From: a virus
Length of the DNA stretch: 64,000 nt
Reading direction: 5' to 3' (one strand)
Virus record (IMG/VR): IMGVR_UViG_3300002231_001563
Location: 32,001 to 96,000 of that record
The position numbers were made by a program, and so were the translations under genes. Shown piece by piece: positions 10,452 to 22,700 of the stretch (position 1 is its first letter; every line of letters begins with the position of its first letter). The notes under the pieces are model-generated. The model saw nothing but the letters and a program-made list of their open reading frames with translations, had not been told where the DNA came from and did not search any database.

Positions 10452-12248
10452 ATGGCCGATAAAAAGAAAACTCCCATCCGGTATACTAGTCGAGATTTCG
10501 CATCGATTAAGCAGGATCTGATAGAATATACTAAGACTTATTATCCGGAGTCTTTTCGAGATTTCAGTGAAGCCTCGTTTGGCTCACTGATGCTGGATAC
10601 GGTGTCCTATGTGGGTGATATACTCTCTTTTTATCTCGATTATCAGGCAAACGAATCTTTCCTAGACTCTGCAGCGGAATACAACAATGTACAGCGCCTC
10701 GCGCGCCAATTGGGTTATCGCCAGAAAGGGACCCCCACCTCAAGTGGAGTAGTAAACTTTTTTGTTGTCGTCCCTGCTAATTTGACAGGCCTAGGCCCAG
10801 ATACTACCTATTTACCCATCTTAAAGCGAGGATCTACCTTATCATCTTTGGGTGGTGGAAGTTTTATTCTCAATCACGACATAGATTTCGCCGACCTGCG
10901 CCACGAGGTGGTAGCAGCGCGCATTGATCCAGTGAGCGGCGTCCCTACTAGCTACGCTATTAAAGCGCCTGGACTTGTCCTATCGGGCAAATATGTTCAA
11001 GAAACTTTCGCTGTTGGATCCTACGAGAGATTTAGAAAGTTAGCCTTATCAGTCCCGCGCGTCGCCGAAGTTATTAGTGTTTTTGATTCAGAGGGCAATG
11101 AATATTACGAAGTAAATAATTTATCTCAAGATGTAATTTATAAAGATGTGATTAATCGGGGCTCTGATACAGCGACCGTACCTTCTCTTTTGAGACCTTA
11201 TAGTGTTCCGCGTCGATACGTTGTAGAGTCTCTAGGCCCTACCACATTTCTACAATTTGGTTATGGCTCTGATGATGAAATCGCTGAAGCTTCCCCTGTC
11301 GATCCTTCTAACGTGGTGTTGAAGCAATATGCTAAAGATTATATTAGTGATGAATATTTTGATCCATCGAAGTTAATTTATTCGGACAAGTTTGGTATTT
11401 CTCCAACAAATACTACGCTCGCTATCTCCTATCGTGTAAACACCATCGCGGACGTCAATGCCGCCGCACAATCTGTGTCGGAAGTGAGTAATGCGTTCTG
11501 GTCGTTCAGGGATCTCACAAGCCTCCAACAATCCAAGGTGGAATCAGTAAAAAACTCCATAGAGGCCTCAAATCCGGAACCCATCACAGGGGATATTTCT
11601 CAACCGTCTTCCGAGGAAATTCGCCATAGAGCGATAGACTTTTTTGCCACCCAAAACCGAGCCGTCACGGCCGAAGATTATGAATCTCTGGTTTATAAGA
11701 TGCCTCATAAATTCGGTGCAGTAAAGCGATGTAAAATTCGCCAAGATGAAGGGTCCTTTCGTCGAAATTTAAATCTTTATATTCTGTCAGAAAGTACAAC
11801 AGGACACCTCACTCAAGCTTCTGCGACGTTAAAGAATAATTTAAAAATCTGGCTCAACAAGAACAAGATGATCAACGATACAATAGATATAGTAGACGCC
11901 TATGTGGCAAACGTGGGAATTGATTTTGAAATCATTCATGATCTTAATTATAATAAATACGATGTTCTCAATTCTTGTATCGATGTCTTAGTGAAGCGTT
12001 TTTCTGACCCCCTCTATATTGGAGAGCCTCTCTATATTACGGATGTATATAATTATTTGAATGATGTTATTGGCGTAGTAGATACTACCAAGGTAACCAT
12101 TATGTCTAAACAGGGTGGACTCTATAGTGATGTTTTCTTAGATATGGACGACTTATTATCTCCCGACGGAAGATATGTACAAGCCCCAGATAACGTGGCC
12201 TTTGAAATTAGGTATCCCACTACGGATATCCAAGGAGCAGTTAAATAA
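10452..12248 (+). CDS. Baseplate wedge subunit, T4 gp6-like
   Basis: YTSRDFASIKQDL...DF.E.SFG.LMLD..SYVGD.LSFYLD.QANESFL..A and QNRAVTAEDY; 598 aa. Confidence 0.9.
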   Translation: MADKKKTPIRYTSRDFASIKQDLIEYTKTYYPESFRDFSEASFGSLMLDTVSYVGDILSFYLDYQANESFLDSAAEYNNVQRLARQLGYRQKGTPTSSGVVNFFVVVPANLTGLGPDTTYLPILKRGSTLSSLGGGSFILNHDIDFADLRHEVVAARIDPVSGVPTSYAIKAPGLVLSGKYVQETFAVGSYERFRKLALSVPRVAEVISVFDSEGNEYYEVNNLSQDVIYKDVINRGSDTATVPSLLRPYSVPRRYVVESLGPTTFLQFGYGSDDEIAEASPVDPSNVVLKQYAKDYISDEYFDPSKLIYSDKFGISPTNTTLAISYRVNTIADVNAAAQSVSEVSNAFWSFRDLTSLQQSKVESVKNSIEASNPEPITGDISQPSSEEIRHRAIDFFATQNRAVTAEDYESLVYKMPHKFGAVKRCKIRQDEGSFRRNLNLYILSESTTGHLTQASATLKNNLKIWLNKNKMINDTIDIVDAYVANVGIDFEIIHDLNYNKYDVLNSCIDVLVKRFSDPLYIGEPLYITDVYNYLNDVIGVVDTTKVTIMSKQGGLYSDVFLDMDDLLSPDGRYVQAPDNVAFEIRYPTTDIQGAVK

Positions 12249-13744
12249 TGGGTATAAAAAAATATATTGCCAATGCCAACAATACCATCACAAGCGCCTT
12301 CAGATCCAACTTACAGACTAGAGGCACCGGCGCAAACATGGGACTCTCGGACGTCCTAGAAACTTTTTCAATTTATGGGCAAGCCTCTTCGGGGTCAACA
12401 GAGCTGGAAAGAATACTCATCAAATTTCCAGTTTCTGACATCATTACTGACCGAGCAGCAGGAACAATACCTGCAGAAGGAAAAGTAAATTTTTATTTAA
12501 AAATGTATAATGCGCGCAGCAATCAAACACTTCCCCGCCAATTAAATTTGGTGGTTCTTCCCGTCAGTGAGCCATGGCAAGAGGGGGTGGGCCTTGATAT
12601 GGAAGAATATAGAGATGTCACGGAAAACGGGGTGGGATCCAACTGGATCAATGCGTCTGCCTCAAATCCCTGGACACGTCCAGGCGGAGATTATTTAACA
12701 TTCCCGGCCCCCAATTATTCCCAACTATTCCCAGTTGGAAATGAAAATCTTCAAATCGACATTACAACTCTCGTAGAGCAGTGGGTAGATGGAACATTGG
12801 ATAATTATGGCGTCGGCGTCCATCTCACCGGAACTCAAGAAGCCTATTTTTCTAACTCCGCAGGCCTCGATGTAGGAAGCCAATTATTCAATCCTAGTGG
12901 ATCGCGCGATACTTATTATACAAAAAAGTTCTTCGGCCGTGGAACTGAATTTTTCTTTAAACGCCCAGTCATTGAGGCAGTATGGAATTCTGCGGTAAAA
13001 GATGATAGGGGAAGTTTTTATCTTAGCAGCTCCCTCTTACCGTTATCCGAAAATATGCATACCCTTTATTTATATAATTCATTTGGCGGCCGTCTCTTCA
13101 ATATTCCAGCCGTCGGAACAGGGGATATTTATTTAAATATTTTTACATCTTCTGCTGGGGGAAGTAGAGTAAATGCTGTCCCAATTACAGGTGGCTATGT
13201 ATCTCGCGGCATTTATTCAGCCTCGTTCGAATTGGATACAACAGCCAGTACTGTCTATGATCGGTGGTATCATCACCTTCTTGCGGCCTCCACCGGTACA
13301 TGTTATCATACTGGTACCTTTAATGTGCGCACTCATTCAATGCGAGAATATAATCCTTACCCCAAATATGTCTCATCGCTAACTAATTTACAGGACTCCT
13401 ACAATGTGGCTGAAACAGCACGCTTCAGATTTTATGTAAGAGAAAAAGATTGGAGTCCAACTATTTACACAGTAGCAACCAAAGAAATTGATACTCTTAT
13501 AATAGCAAGTGCATCCTATCAGGTATATAGAATAATTGATGATCTAGTGGTCATCGCTTATAATACCGGGAGCGATAAAGGGACGGAAATGTCATACGAT
13601 GTGAGTGGAAATTATTTCGATTTAAAAATGAATCTTCTAGAACCTGGATATTCTTATGGAATAAAAATTGCCTATTATAATGAAACAGTCAACAGTTATG
13701 TAGAGCAGCCATATGATTGGAAATTCAGGGTAGAAAAAGTATGA
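12248..13744 (+). CDS. Putative baseplate/tail protein with DNRLRE-like beta domain
   Basis: RILIKF...YLKMY...LPVSEPWQEG.G...W...GGDY pattern; translationally coupled to gp6 and the next gene. Confidence 0.5.
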   Translation: MGIKKYIANANNTITSAFRSNLQTRGTGANMGLSDVLETFSIYGQASSGSTELERILIKFPVSDIITDRAAGTIPAEGKVNFYLKMYNARSNQTLPRQLNLVVLPVSEPWQEGVGLDMEEYRDVTENGVGSNWINASASNPWTRPGGDYLTFPAPNYSQLFPVGNENLQIDITTLVEQWVDGTLDNYGVGVHLTGTQEAYFSNSAGLDVGSQLFNPSGSRDTYYTKKFFGRGTEFFFKRPVIEAVWNSAVKDDRGSFYLSSSLLPLSENMHTLYLYNSFGGRLFNIPAVGTGDIYLNIFTSSAGGSRVNAVPITGGYVSRGIYSASFELDTTASTVYDRWYHHLLAASTGTCYHTGTFNVRTHSMREYNPYPKYVSSLTNLQDSYNVAETARFRFYVREKDWSPTIYTVATKEIDTLIIASASYQVYRIIDDLVVIAYNTGSDKGTEMSYDVSGNYFDLKMNLLEPGYSYGIKIAYYNETVNSYVEQPYDWKFRVEKV

Positions 13745-16700
13745 GCATTAGAGATCTTTTTGATAAAAATATTCCAACATCCATAGTAACCAGTCGCGAC
13801 CTGGCTGAGTTGGGGAAGGATGTTGAGTCAGCGGCTAATATTACTCAAAAAATACGCCAAAAGACACGCTTTATTCCCCAAAAAGACTATGGAGATCCGA
13901 AAAATTTTGCCCACTTTGGTTCAGCGGTTCAATATTATAATGATGCATTTTCGCGAATTGCTAACCAATACCCTTACGACGGGTCCCTCAGTGAGCAGAC
14001 TAAATTTATAAATGATTCAACTTTCTTGGATCTTTACATTTTTGACAAGCTATACCCTCGCCGCACTGGATATGTTAAAATAGCTCCTTCCGGATTTGGT
14101 GTTTCCGGTGGGTCTACGGCTTTTTCTGGAACGTCGATAGGCCTCCCTGTAAGTTTGGAGTATATCCAAGCTATAGGCGGCCCCCACACTGCGTCTAGTG
14201 GTATGATCGGTCAGCCGCTCGAAAAGACATTCGCTCATTCTAATATTTATGACACGGCTCAAGACCGAGAGTCAAATTTAAAATGCGATATGGAGAGCGG
14301 GGTTACCATCGAATTTTGGATGAAAAAATCATCACTTTTTAATTCCCTCACGGAAACTGAAATCGAAGTTCCAGCTATGCTTTCCAACGGCGTATCCGGC
14401 TCTGTTATGGTACTTATTGACACCACTACACCCGGCGATGATACCCGCAATCGTATCAGCATCAAAGCGACTTCGGGATCTGCCTATGTAGGATCATGGA
14501 ATACTGGCCTCACAAATGTGCAGATTTTGGACAATAAATGGCACCATTATGCCTTTACTTTTAAAAATACAGCCACTACATTGACGGCTCAGGCCTTCTA
14601 TGACGGCGCTCCCTACTCGTCAGGAACGGCGGCCCCTGCGCCGATGGGGGAAGTTACAGGAGCTTTGAAATTAAATATTGGTTCTGCGCGCACCCTCCGC
14701 TGGGATGCCGGCGGCCTCGACCTCACAATTCCGGCTGACGGCTATGGAAAACTAACGGGATCTATCGATGAATTCCGCTATTGGAAGACAGCCCGCACTG
14801 CCGAAGACATTGGGAGATATTGGTTCACTCAATACGGAGGAGGAACCAACACTGATCTTGCCAATACTTCTCTGGGGGTGTATTATAAATTTAATGAAGG
14901 AATCACAGGAATCACAGCCACTGACTCTACAACTCTCGATTATTCGGGCCGAATTTCAAATGGCACATGGGTAGGATATACCTCGGGAGCGCGCTCCACC
15001 GGATCTGCCATAGATACTTATTTAGGTCGTCAGAGTGAGTTCCGAGACCCCATTATTTATACAGATCATCCAGCAGTTATCAGTTTACAAGATTCTCTCA
15101 TTGGTTCAGCATCAGCCTATGATTTGCAAAATAATTCCTCTATTTATCGCTCGTTGCCATCATGGATTGTGGACGAGGATGGAAATAGTGGACAAGAATT
15201 ATTAAAATTAACACAAATTCTTTCCAGCTATCTAGACACCCTATATTTACAAATCGAAAATTATCCTCGCCTTAAAGATATACAGTATCCTGGCCCCGAC
15301 TCAAAGCCAATTCCTTTCGCACATAAATTGCTTGAGGGATATGGTCTGGCTACTTCTGAGATGTTCGTGGATGCCACTATTTTAGAACAGATATCGAATC
15401 GAAATGAAGAAGCCAAATTTGATGAAGATTTGTCCGATATTAAAAATTTAATATATAAAAATATTTATAACAATCTTGTTTATATATATAAGTCCAAGGG
15501 GAATATAAAAGCTTTTAGAAACGTGATGAGGTGCTACGGCATTGACACAGATTTAGTAAAAATCAACCTGTATGGGGACAATACCACCTATAGATTAAGA
15601 GACAATTACGAGACCCTTTCCACACGTAAAAAATATATAGATTTCAATCACCCTTCTAGATATGGGGGAACCCTCTATCAACAAGATCTAGGCTTGGGAT
15701 CTACGGCCAGGTCCTACATCACAGGGTCTCGCACCACTCAGGAAATATATACCGCCTTCACACTAGAAGGGGAAGCCATTTTCACCACACCGCAGCCCGT
15801 AAAGCAGGCTGATTATTTCGCCACTCCCTTCATTACATCCTCCTTGTTTGGTTTTCATGGGGTAAGTCCAGTAGCTCCCTCTAACTTAGCTTTTCCTGGA
15901 TCTGATGATTTTGTTAATGTTTACGCCGTAAGGGAGGCAGCTGAATCTCCCAACGTAAAATTCTGCTTTGTTTATGGCGTGTCCGGAATTACTTTGGGCA
16001 CCGTGATGAGTCCGCTTTTTTATGATGTCTATAATAATCAAAAGTGGAATTTTGCCCTTCGGTTTAAATCCACCAAAGAGGGTGGAAATTTAGTAAGCGG
16101 ATCGACCACCGGCAATGATTATATCCTCGAATTATATGGCGCAAATGCCGAAGCGGGACAAATATCACAACAATTCACCATTACAGCATCGCTCCCTGTG
16201 GGACTAGGGGTAAATAGATATAAATATCTTTCGGAACCTAAACGCATTTACGCAGGCGCCCATAGACAAGATTTTGTTGGAGCCATTCTCCAATCTACCG
16301 ACATTAAATTGGGTTCGGTGCGATATTGGACAAAATATCTAGAAGATGGGGAGATTAACTCACACGCCCGAGATCCACAAAATTTCGGCAGCCTAGCTCC
16401 ACACCAGAGCACTTATCTCTATCCCACTTCCCTTACAGGAACTCATATTCCCCAAATAGAGACTTTGGCTTTAAACTGGGAATTCGATACAATCACGGGA
16501 TCTAATGCATCGGGAAGATTTAAGGTATTAGATTTATCCTCTGGCTCGGCCAATAAGCAAGATAAATACCGGTGGATGGGCGATATTGTGGGTACTAATC
16601 ATCCGGCCAGCGCAAGCTTTTTTCCAGCCAATAGTTCAAAAGCTCTAGATACCAGGTTTGTTTACACCGCCCAGCAAACTCTACCTGAAAATATTCAGGG

Positions 16701-19700
16701 CCACAACATGGTTTCTATTGGGGAAAATGATAACATCTTTAAAAAGACTACGCGCCCAGTGGAATACTTTTTCGCCATTGAAAAGAGCATGTATCAAAAT
16801 ATTTCTCAAGAAATATTAAATGTCTTTGCAACGATTGCAGATTTTAATACCCTAATAGGGGATCCTGTCAATCGTTATCGGGGAGAATATAAAGCTCTTC
16901 AAAAATTGCGTCAGCTATTCTTCGAGCGCGTCGAGAATGAGCCAGATTTAGACAGGTATATAGAATTTTATAAATGGATCGATAGTTCTCTTACTACATT
17001 TTTAATGCAACTAGTCCCCGCTTCAGCACGCTTTTCGAACTCAATGCGCACTATGGTAGAGAGCCATGTTTTAGAGCGCAACAAATATCGAACAAAATTT
17101 CCCACTCTGGATCTAGAAATCCCCGAATTATCTGTAGGAATAGCCGGAATCAATGAGCTATTGGAAGATTGGGAAACAGATCACCACCCCGTTAGCGGAA
17201 GGCAAGATGAAAATTGCCCCTGGTGGAAGACACGAGCAGAAAGAAGAGGAGTAATCTCCTCGGGCGTACCGACCGTCGACGAAAACCGTTCAGCCTATTT
17301 GAGCGCAAGTCTTCAGGTTTTGAATCGCCAACGAACGACTCCTTATAAGTATGGTGTCGAAAAAGCCACTATTTTAAAGGGTGGTTCTAATTTTTATGAC
17401 AATAAAATAGGAGATTATGTAAAGAATACTCTTCCCTGGATGGATTCTGGGGCAACTACGGGACTCTACATCTTATCGGGCAATATCGAGCCCTACACTT
17501 GCTCGGATCCCCCTCCCCCAAATACCAAGAGAAAATTAAAGTACGGAGTTTTCACAGCAGACTCGGGAATGGCATCTTTCCCTAATTCTTACAATTATAC
17601 TTCCGGCAAGGGCGAAATGTTCGTGCCCTTTAGTATTTATAGCGCGTCTTACGTGAATGCATTTTCTCAAAATTTAGTCACCGCCCTGGGCTATAATTTG
17701 GAAATTACCAACGTCGATAATGACTCTTATGGGGTCTCTGAAGGTGTCCCCATGCAGGGCCCTTTTACTGACAAGTTTGTGGGGGGTAATCAATATAGAC
17801 ATGTGGATCCCAATTTAGATGGGACCGACACGCCCCTTACTCGCCCGGAAGCTTGGAGATTGAGGGCTGGAACGGGAGTCGTAAAAATTGCAAGACAACC
17901 ATTTCAGCGCCCTAGAGCGATGCTATATCGCGATATGGTTGCTAAGAGGCCTCTTAATCTTCAAAATATTAAGCAAGTTAATGGTACAGACACCCGCTAT
18001 GTTTCAGGAACCCTGCAAGCTCAGATTGGTAATTATCGCAAATCCTATGAAATAGTTCAAGCGCCTGGCCGCACGACCAACAACCGCGCTTGGGTACGCA
18101 AGGGCCCTTGGATCTTAAATGACGCCCTCGACCCCTCCCACTTGACAGCATCTATGTTTGTGGGTGGCATGTTTGATGCACCCGAAATAGATAGGGGAAG
18201 AACGGGATACGTGATGGTCTCGCGCTTTTCATCTCCAGGCGGCCCCGACACGGCTGGTGATAGCAACGGTGGCCCCGGTCTAGACCGCTTCGCCGCCGAG
18301 TTTTCCCCAAATAACGAAATGAATTGGAGAAATAGTGAAGTTAGGGATCCTTTAAGAAAGTGGCTATTAACCCCCCATGTGAATCAGTTTGGTTTCTATA
18401 GCGGCGTACCTGACAGAATCGCTTCTTCTTCAGTAAATGCAACAAATTACAGAGGTACGGGCTCCTTTTACCAAATTAATCGCAATCGCCGCAGAGTAAT
18501 TAAAGAGGTTGCCCCGGGAACTCTCGGAACAGCTTCGGTATACGACAATTACTATATTCAACATCCTATCCCATCTACTGATTTAAGGTATGCGTGGATC
18601 ACTGCCTCTTATCTTTCAACCACCCCTGTGGGTCTCGGATATTGGCCAACTGAATTTTATATTCCTGACTTATATACCGCCAGTATCGGCCCGGTTAATT
18701 TTGTTAGTGCCAGCGCGCAGAGCTATTCAATCCCGGTAGATTTTGTGGGGATGAATAATCTCGTTTATTCACCTATTATGGATCGCTACGCATATGCAAA
18801 AGATGGACCTTCGGGCTTAAGGGTAAATTTGGATACCCGGCAAGAAGCTGCAGCCTTTGACTATAAGAACATCTTAGAATACAAAAATTCCAATATTACA
18901 ACGCCTCCGGACATTGATATGCTCAACATTTTGGATTTGCACCGTAACGGGCCATATCAAGCACCTAACTGGAAATTTATGCGCACTGCACAGAGCCCTA
19001 CCGCCCGTTATTTGCGAAAAAATAATTTTATAGGATGCACCGGCCAGAGATATATAACCCCCAGTTATATGGTGTCCCCTAAATTAGTAGAGGACACACA
19101 GACTACGCTATATTATGAACCGGCCGTATCAAAAATATCGACACCTTTCGAGATAATGGTGGGCACTCAAGGTCCAGGCGCCCCTCAATGTCAAGATCCC
19201 AATGTTTCTTCCACCGATGCATCTTCGGAAGTTGTGGTTAGCTTAGGCGTCTCTCTGATAAATGCCTATGGTTTTGCCAATGAAAATTTAACTAAATGTG
19301 CCAAAGGGGTTGTGACAATCGCCAATAATGATGATTCTGGCGGTCCCGATACGGCATGCCTCCAAACCGATACTGGCTACGGTACTATGACGGGGATGTA
19401 TTTATATGGCGCCCTCGACGATGACTCCAGCCCAGTCGATAGTTTTGTAGAGGCAAAATATCAATCCCCGGTATTCCCCGCAGCTATCAACCAATTTAGT
19501 CGCTTCTCACGCGCGCGCTCTCTCTATTATAATCGTTTCTGGAATTCTAGCCGGGCGACTCGCACCACCCGAGGCGAAACTAAATTTATTTCTCACGCTA
19601 CGTCGCAAGGGTGGGACGTGCCACAGAGCGAATGGGCCTTGGACGCCAATGCGAATTTCACCATGGGCCCCATCTATAATGCCAATACGGCAACAGGAAG

Positions 19701-22700
19701 TACGGCAGGAGAATTGCAGAATGATTACGCTCAATGTCATGGCGCCTCAATGTTTACGAGCAGCTGGTTCTTATCCTGTAGTGCAGTTAACGTAAATGCT
19801 GGCTTTACTCCTACGCGAAATTTAAATTTCGGATCAGTTTTATATAACGGTATTTTTACACCTCTAATGGGTACCCCTAAAACGGCGGGAACTTATGCAC
19901 GCGAATTTGCCGAACGCGCAATTGTGCGCCCCCTTACTGGCACTTACGCCGATACCGGAGTACCAAACGCCTACACCCTTTCAGCCTGGGTGCATCCTGA
20001 GAGAGTTTTGCCTCCCGTTAAGCCCCCAAGCCTGAGAAACGACAAAAAATACAATATTATCTCTTTTTTATCTGCTGATCACCCTAAGCCAGCTACAAAA
20101 GTTGCCGGCCAATGCGCAGTTCAGTTATTTCTAACAGGGGGTGTTCCGGCCCTACAGAATAGGCGAATCGGAGTTCGCACGATGGTCTCTTCTGCAGCGG
20201 GGGGCATCCAAATAGATGAGGGGTATACCGACTCGGCGCTCATGAATGGCTGGTTTCATATTTTATATTGTTATGATGCCACAGCCCCAGGCGATACTTC
20301 TGTGGGAAATGATAGACACAAAATTTATGTAAATGGAGAACTCCGACCTCTCGTAGCTTCCAGTTCTTTACCCGACGGACTCGCCAGTGTATTTTACGGC
20401 CAAATTAATCCTTCGACGGGCGCGATTGGCAGCGACGCCTCTTACAACTTCAATATGTCGACGTTGACTGGTGGCGTTAATCCCACTCCGGCCTTGGGAG
20501 AATATTTCATTAATGGGTTATTCGAAGGCTCTATTACAGAGGTGAGTATATTCAACTATTCACTTCATACGATGGATGCCACTCGCCTTCCTGCTGCCAT
20601 GTATAACGGCGGATGCCCTCCAGATTTATCGAAAATAACATTCTTCCAACAAGAGGCTTATAAACCCTCGGCATGGTATAGAGTAGGCGCGTTCAAAGGG
20701 CCGGCCATCGGCCCCCAGTATCAACCAGGCCTGCGAAAACTCGGCCCTGGAGATATCCCGGGAAGCTCCAGCTGGAACCCAGCCGAGCCGCCTCCTGTAG
20801 GTCCCTCAATGACTGGTTCGCGATTGGTTAATCTAGCTGCTGTCTATTGGGACAGCGAAGACGGCCTCTTGTCCAAAGGAGACGGTTATCCAGTAGTAGA
20901 TTATAGTATTTCAGCTGGAAGTGCCACTTTTAATATGTCTTTCCACAATCAAATGGACCTAGCCGACCGTCCGTGTCGCAGCGGATATAGGGTGGGAAGC
21001 GCGGAAAATATTCACAGTGCGCCACTCTACAATCGAAAACACACAGTGGATACACCCTTCTCGGTGACGCCTTTCGGATGGTCCCTTCCTAGCTCTTCTT
21101 ATCCAACCGAGACTACATGGCCAATTCGAAACCGCGCAGTATCGATGGACATTCCAGAATTATCAGCCTCTATTAATAAGTGGATTTCGACCTACCCTGT
21201 GGCAGTACTAACTTCAGACGCCGACGCTATAGCTCACCCACTCGGTGAAATCCAGATTAATGGTGGAAATGCCCTCTTTGAGGCAAATCGCTTAGCTGGC
21301 TACGAAAAAGACGGCACATGGCTGCCGATACCTTCAGCTCCATCCTATGATACCTATGGGGATTATAGCCAATATATGCATCTTAAAAATCAGGATTTCT
21401 CTATTGTTCCCGAATTCCGAATCAGTGATCACATGGGATTTTATCTTAATGATAATAGGGGAGATTTTTTGGCAGAAAATAACAGCCTATTTTCTATCCC
21501 GGGCTCTACATCAAGCGCTGCGTCTAATGTTCCCCTGAATAGTTCCGATGAGTCTTTTTATCAAGTATTTTCAAATTCAGATTTCCTACGACACTTCTCT
21601 ATCATAAAGCAAGACCACAAAGGCTTTGCAGATCCTTCTGCCATCACTCTGCGCTGCAGCGGCCTGATGAAATTCCTGCCTTATGACGGCTTTTTTCCAA
21701 GCGAAAGAAGTTTGCAGATAGCTAGTCAATTTTCCCAGTCTTATTCTTCTTTTCTTGAATACGCAGGTTTAGATTCCTCGCTCGCCGACGCCCGGATGCG
21801 TCCCTTCATGGCACCTTTCTTCCAGCCCGGCATTATTTATAATACTATCAAAGCCGGCTTGGCGGTAGATTATCCTCTCTATACCAGTTCTTACAATGTC
21901 ATTAATTATGCATCCTACCGCTACGCTGGTGGATCGAGGCTAAATAGTAATTATTATGCCCTCGGTACCCAAAAGGTGTATAATCCTCCCGCTACACTGT
22001 TTTCTGCCAGCTGGGACGTTCGAATTCCGTTTGAGGCAGCGGTAGAGCCCGAGAAATATGCTGCAGGTTACTTTATTTATGATGCTGAGCCTCACCCAAG
22101 TAGCGCCTTGGATGTCCAAGTGCGCTGGAATGGGGGTGGAGACAACCTCTATAAGCGAATGATGAGCAATTATCTGGCGGCCATACCGGAGTTCTTCCTT
22201 CCCGAGGGTACTTTCACCTCTCTCTCTAGTAAATCGGAAAAGAATTTTGCCAATGTAAGATCTGGTACCAATTATGGGATGCGCGTCAAACTTCGTCGCA
22301 CATTGAATAAGCCCAGAGCGTGGCGATCTTATACAAATCCAGAACCCATTATTACCTATGATGTTCCCCAGGATCCTCGTAATTTAAGCGGAATAGCCAA
22401 AGACCTCAAAGAGACCTTTACGATGTATAGTAGGCCCTCTGCCTTCGGGCCTCCCGTCGCCGCGTCAGATTTTCTGGGATACACCCCTAGTTTAACGCCG
22501 GATAACCTGAATGTAGTATATTTTAATACCGATCTTTATCCATCGGATAGTCTAATGGGAATCAATCCTTCCTTTACGCCCCCTTATTATGGAGGCGAGT
22601 CATGGGCAGATATTGTCTATGCGGCTACCAGCTCAGGCCCAGTAACCCTAGACGAGATTTTTGCTGCCTCCACTGTAAACTTGTGGAGAATTGATGCATC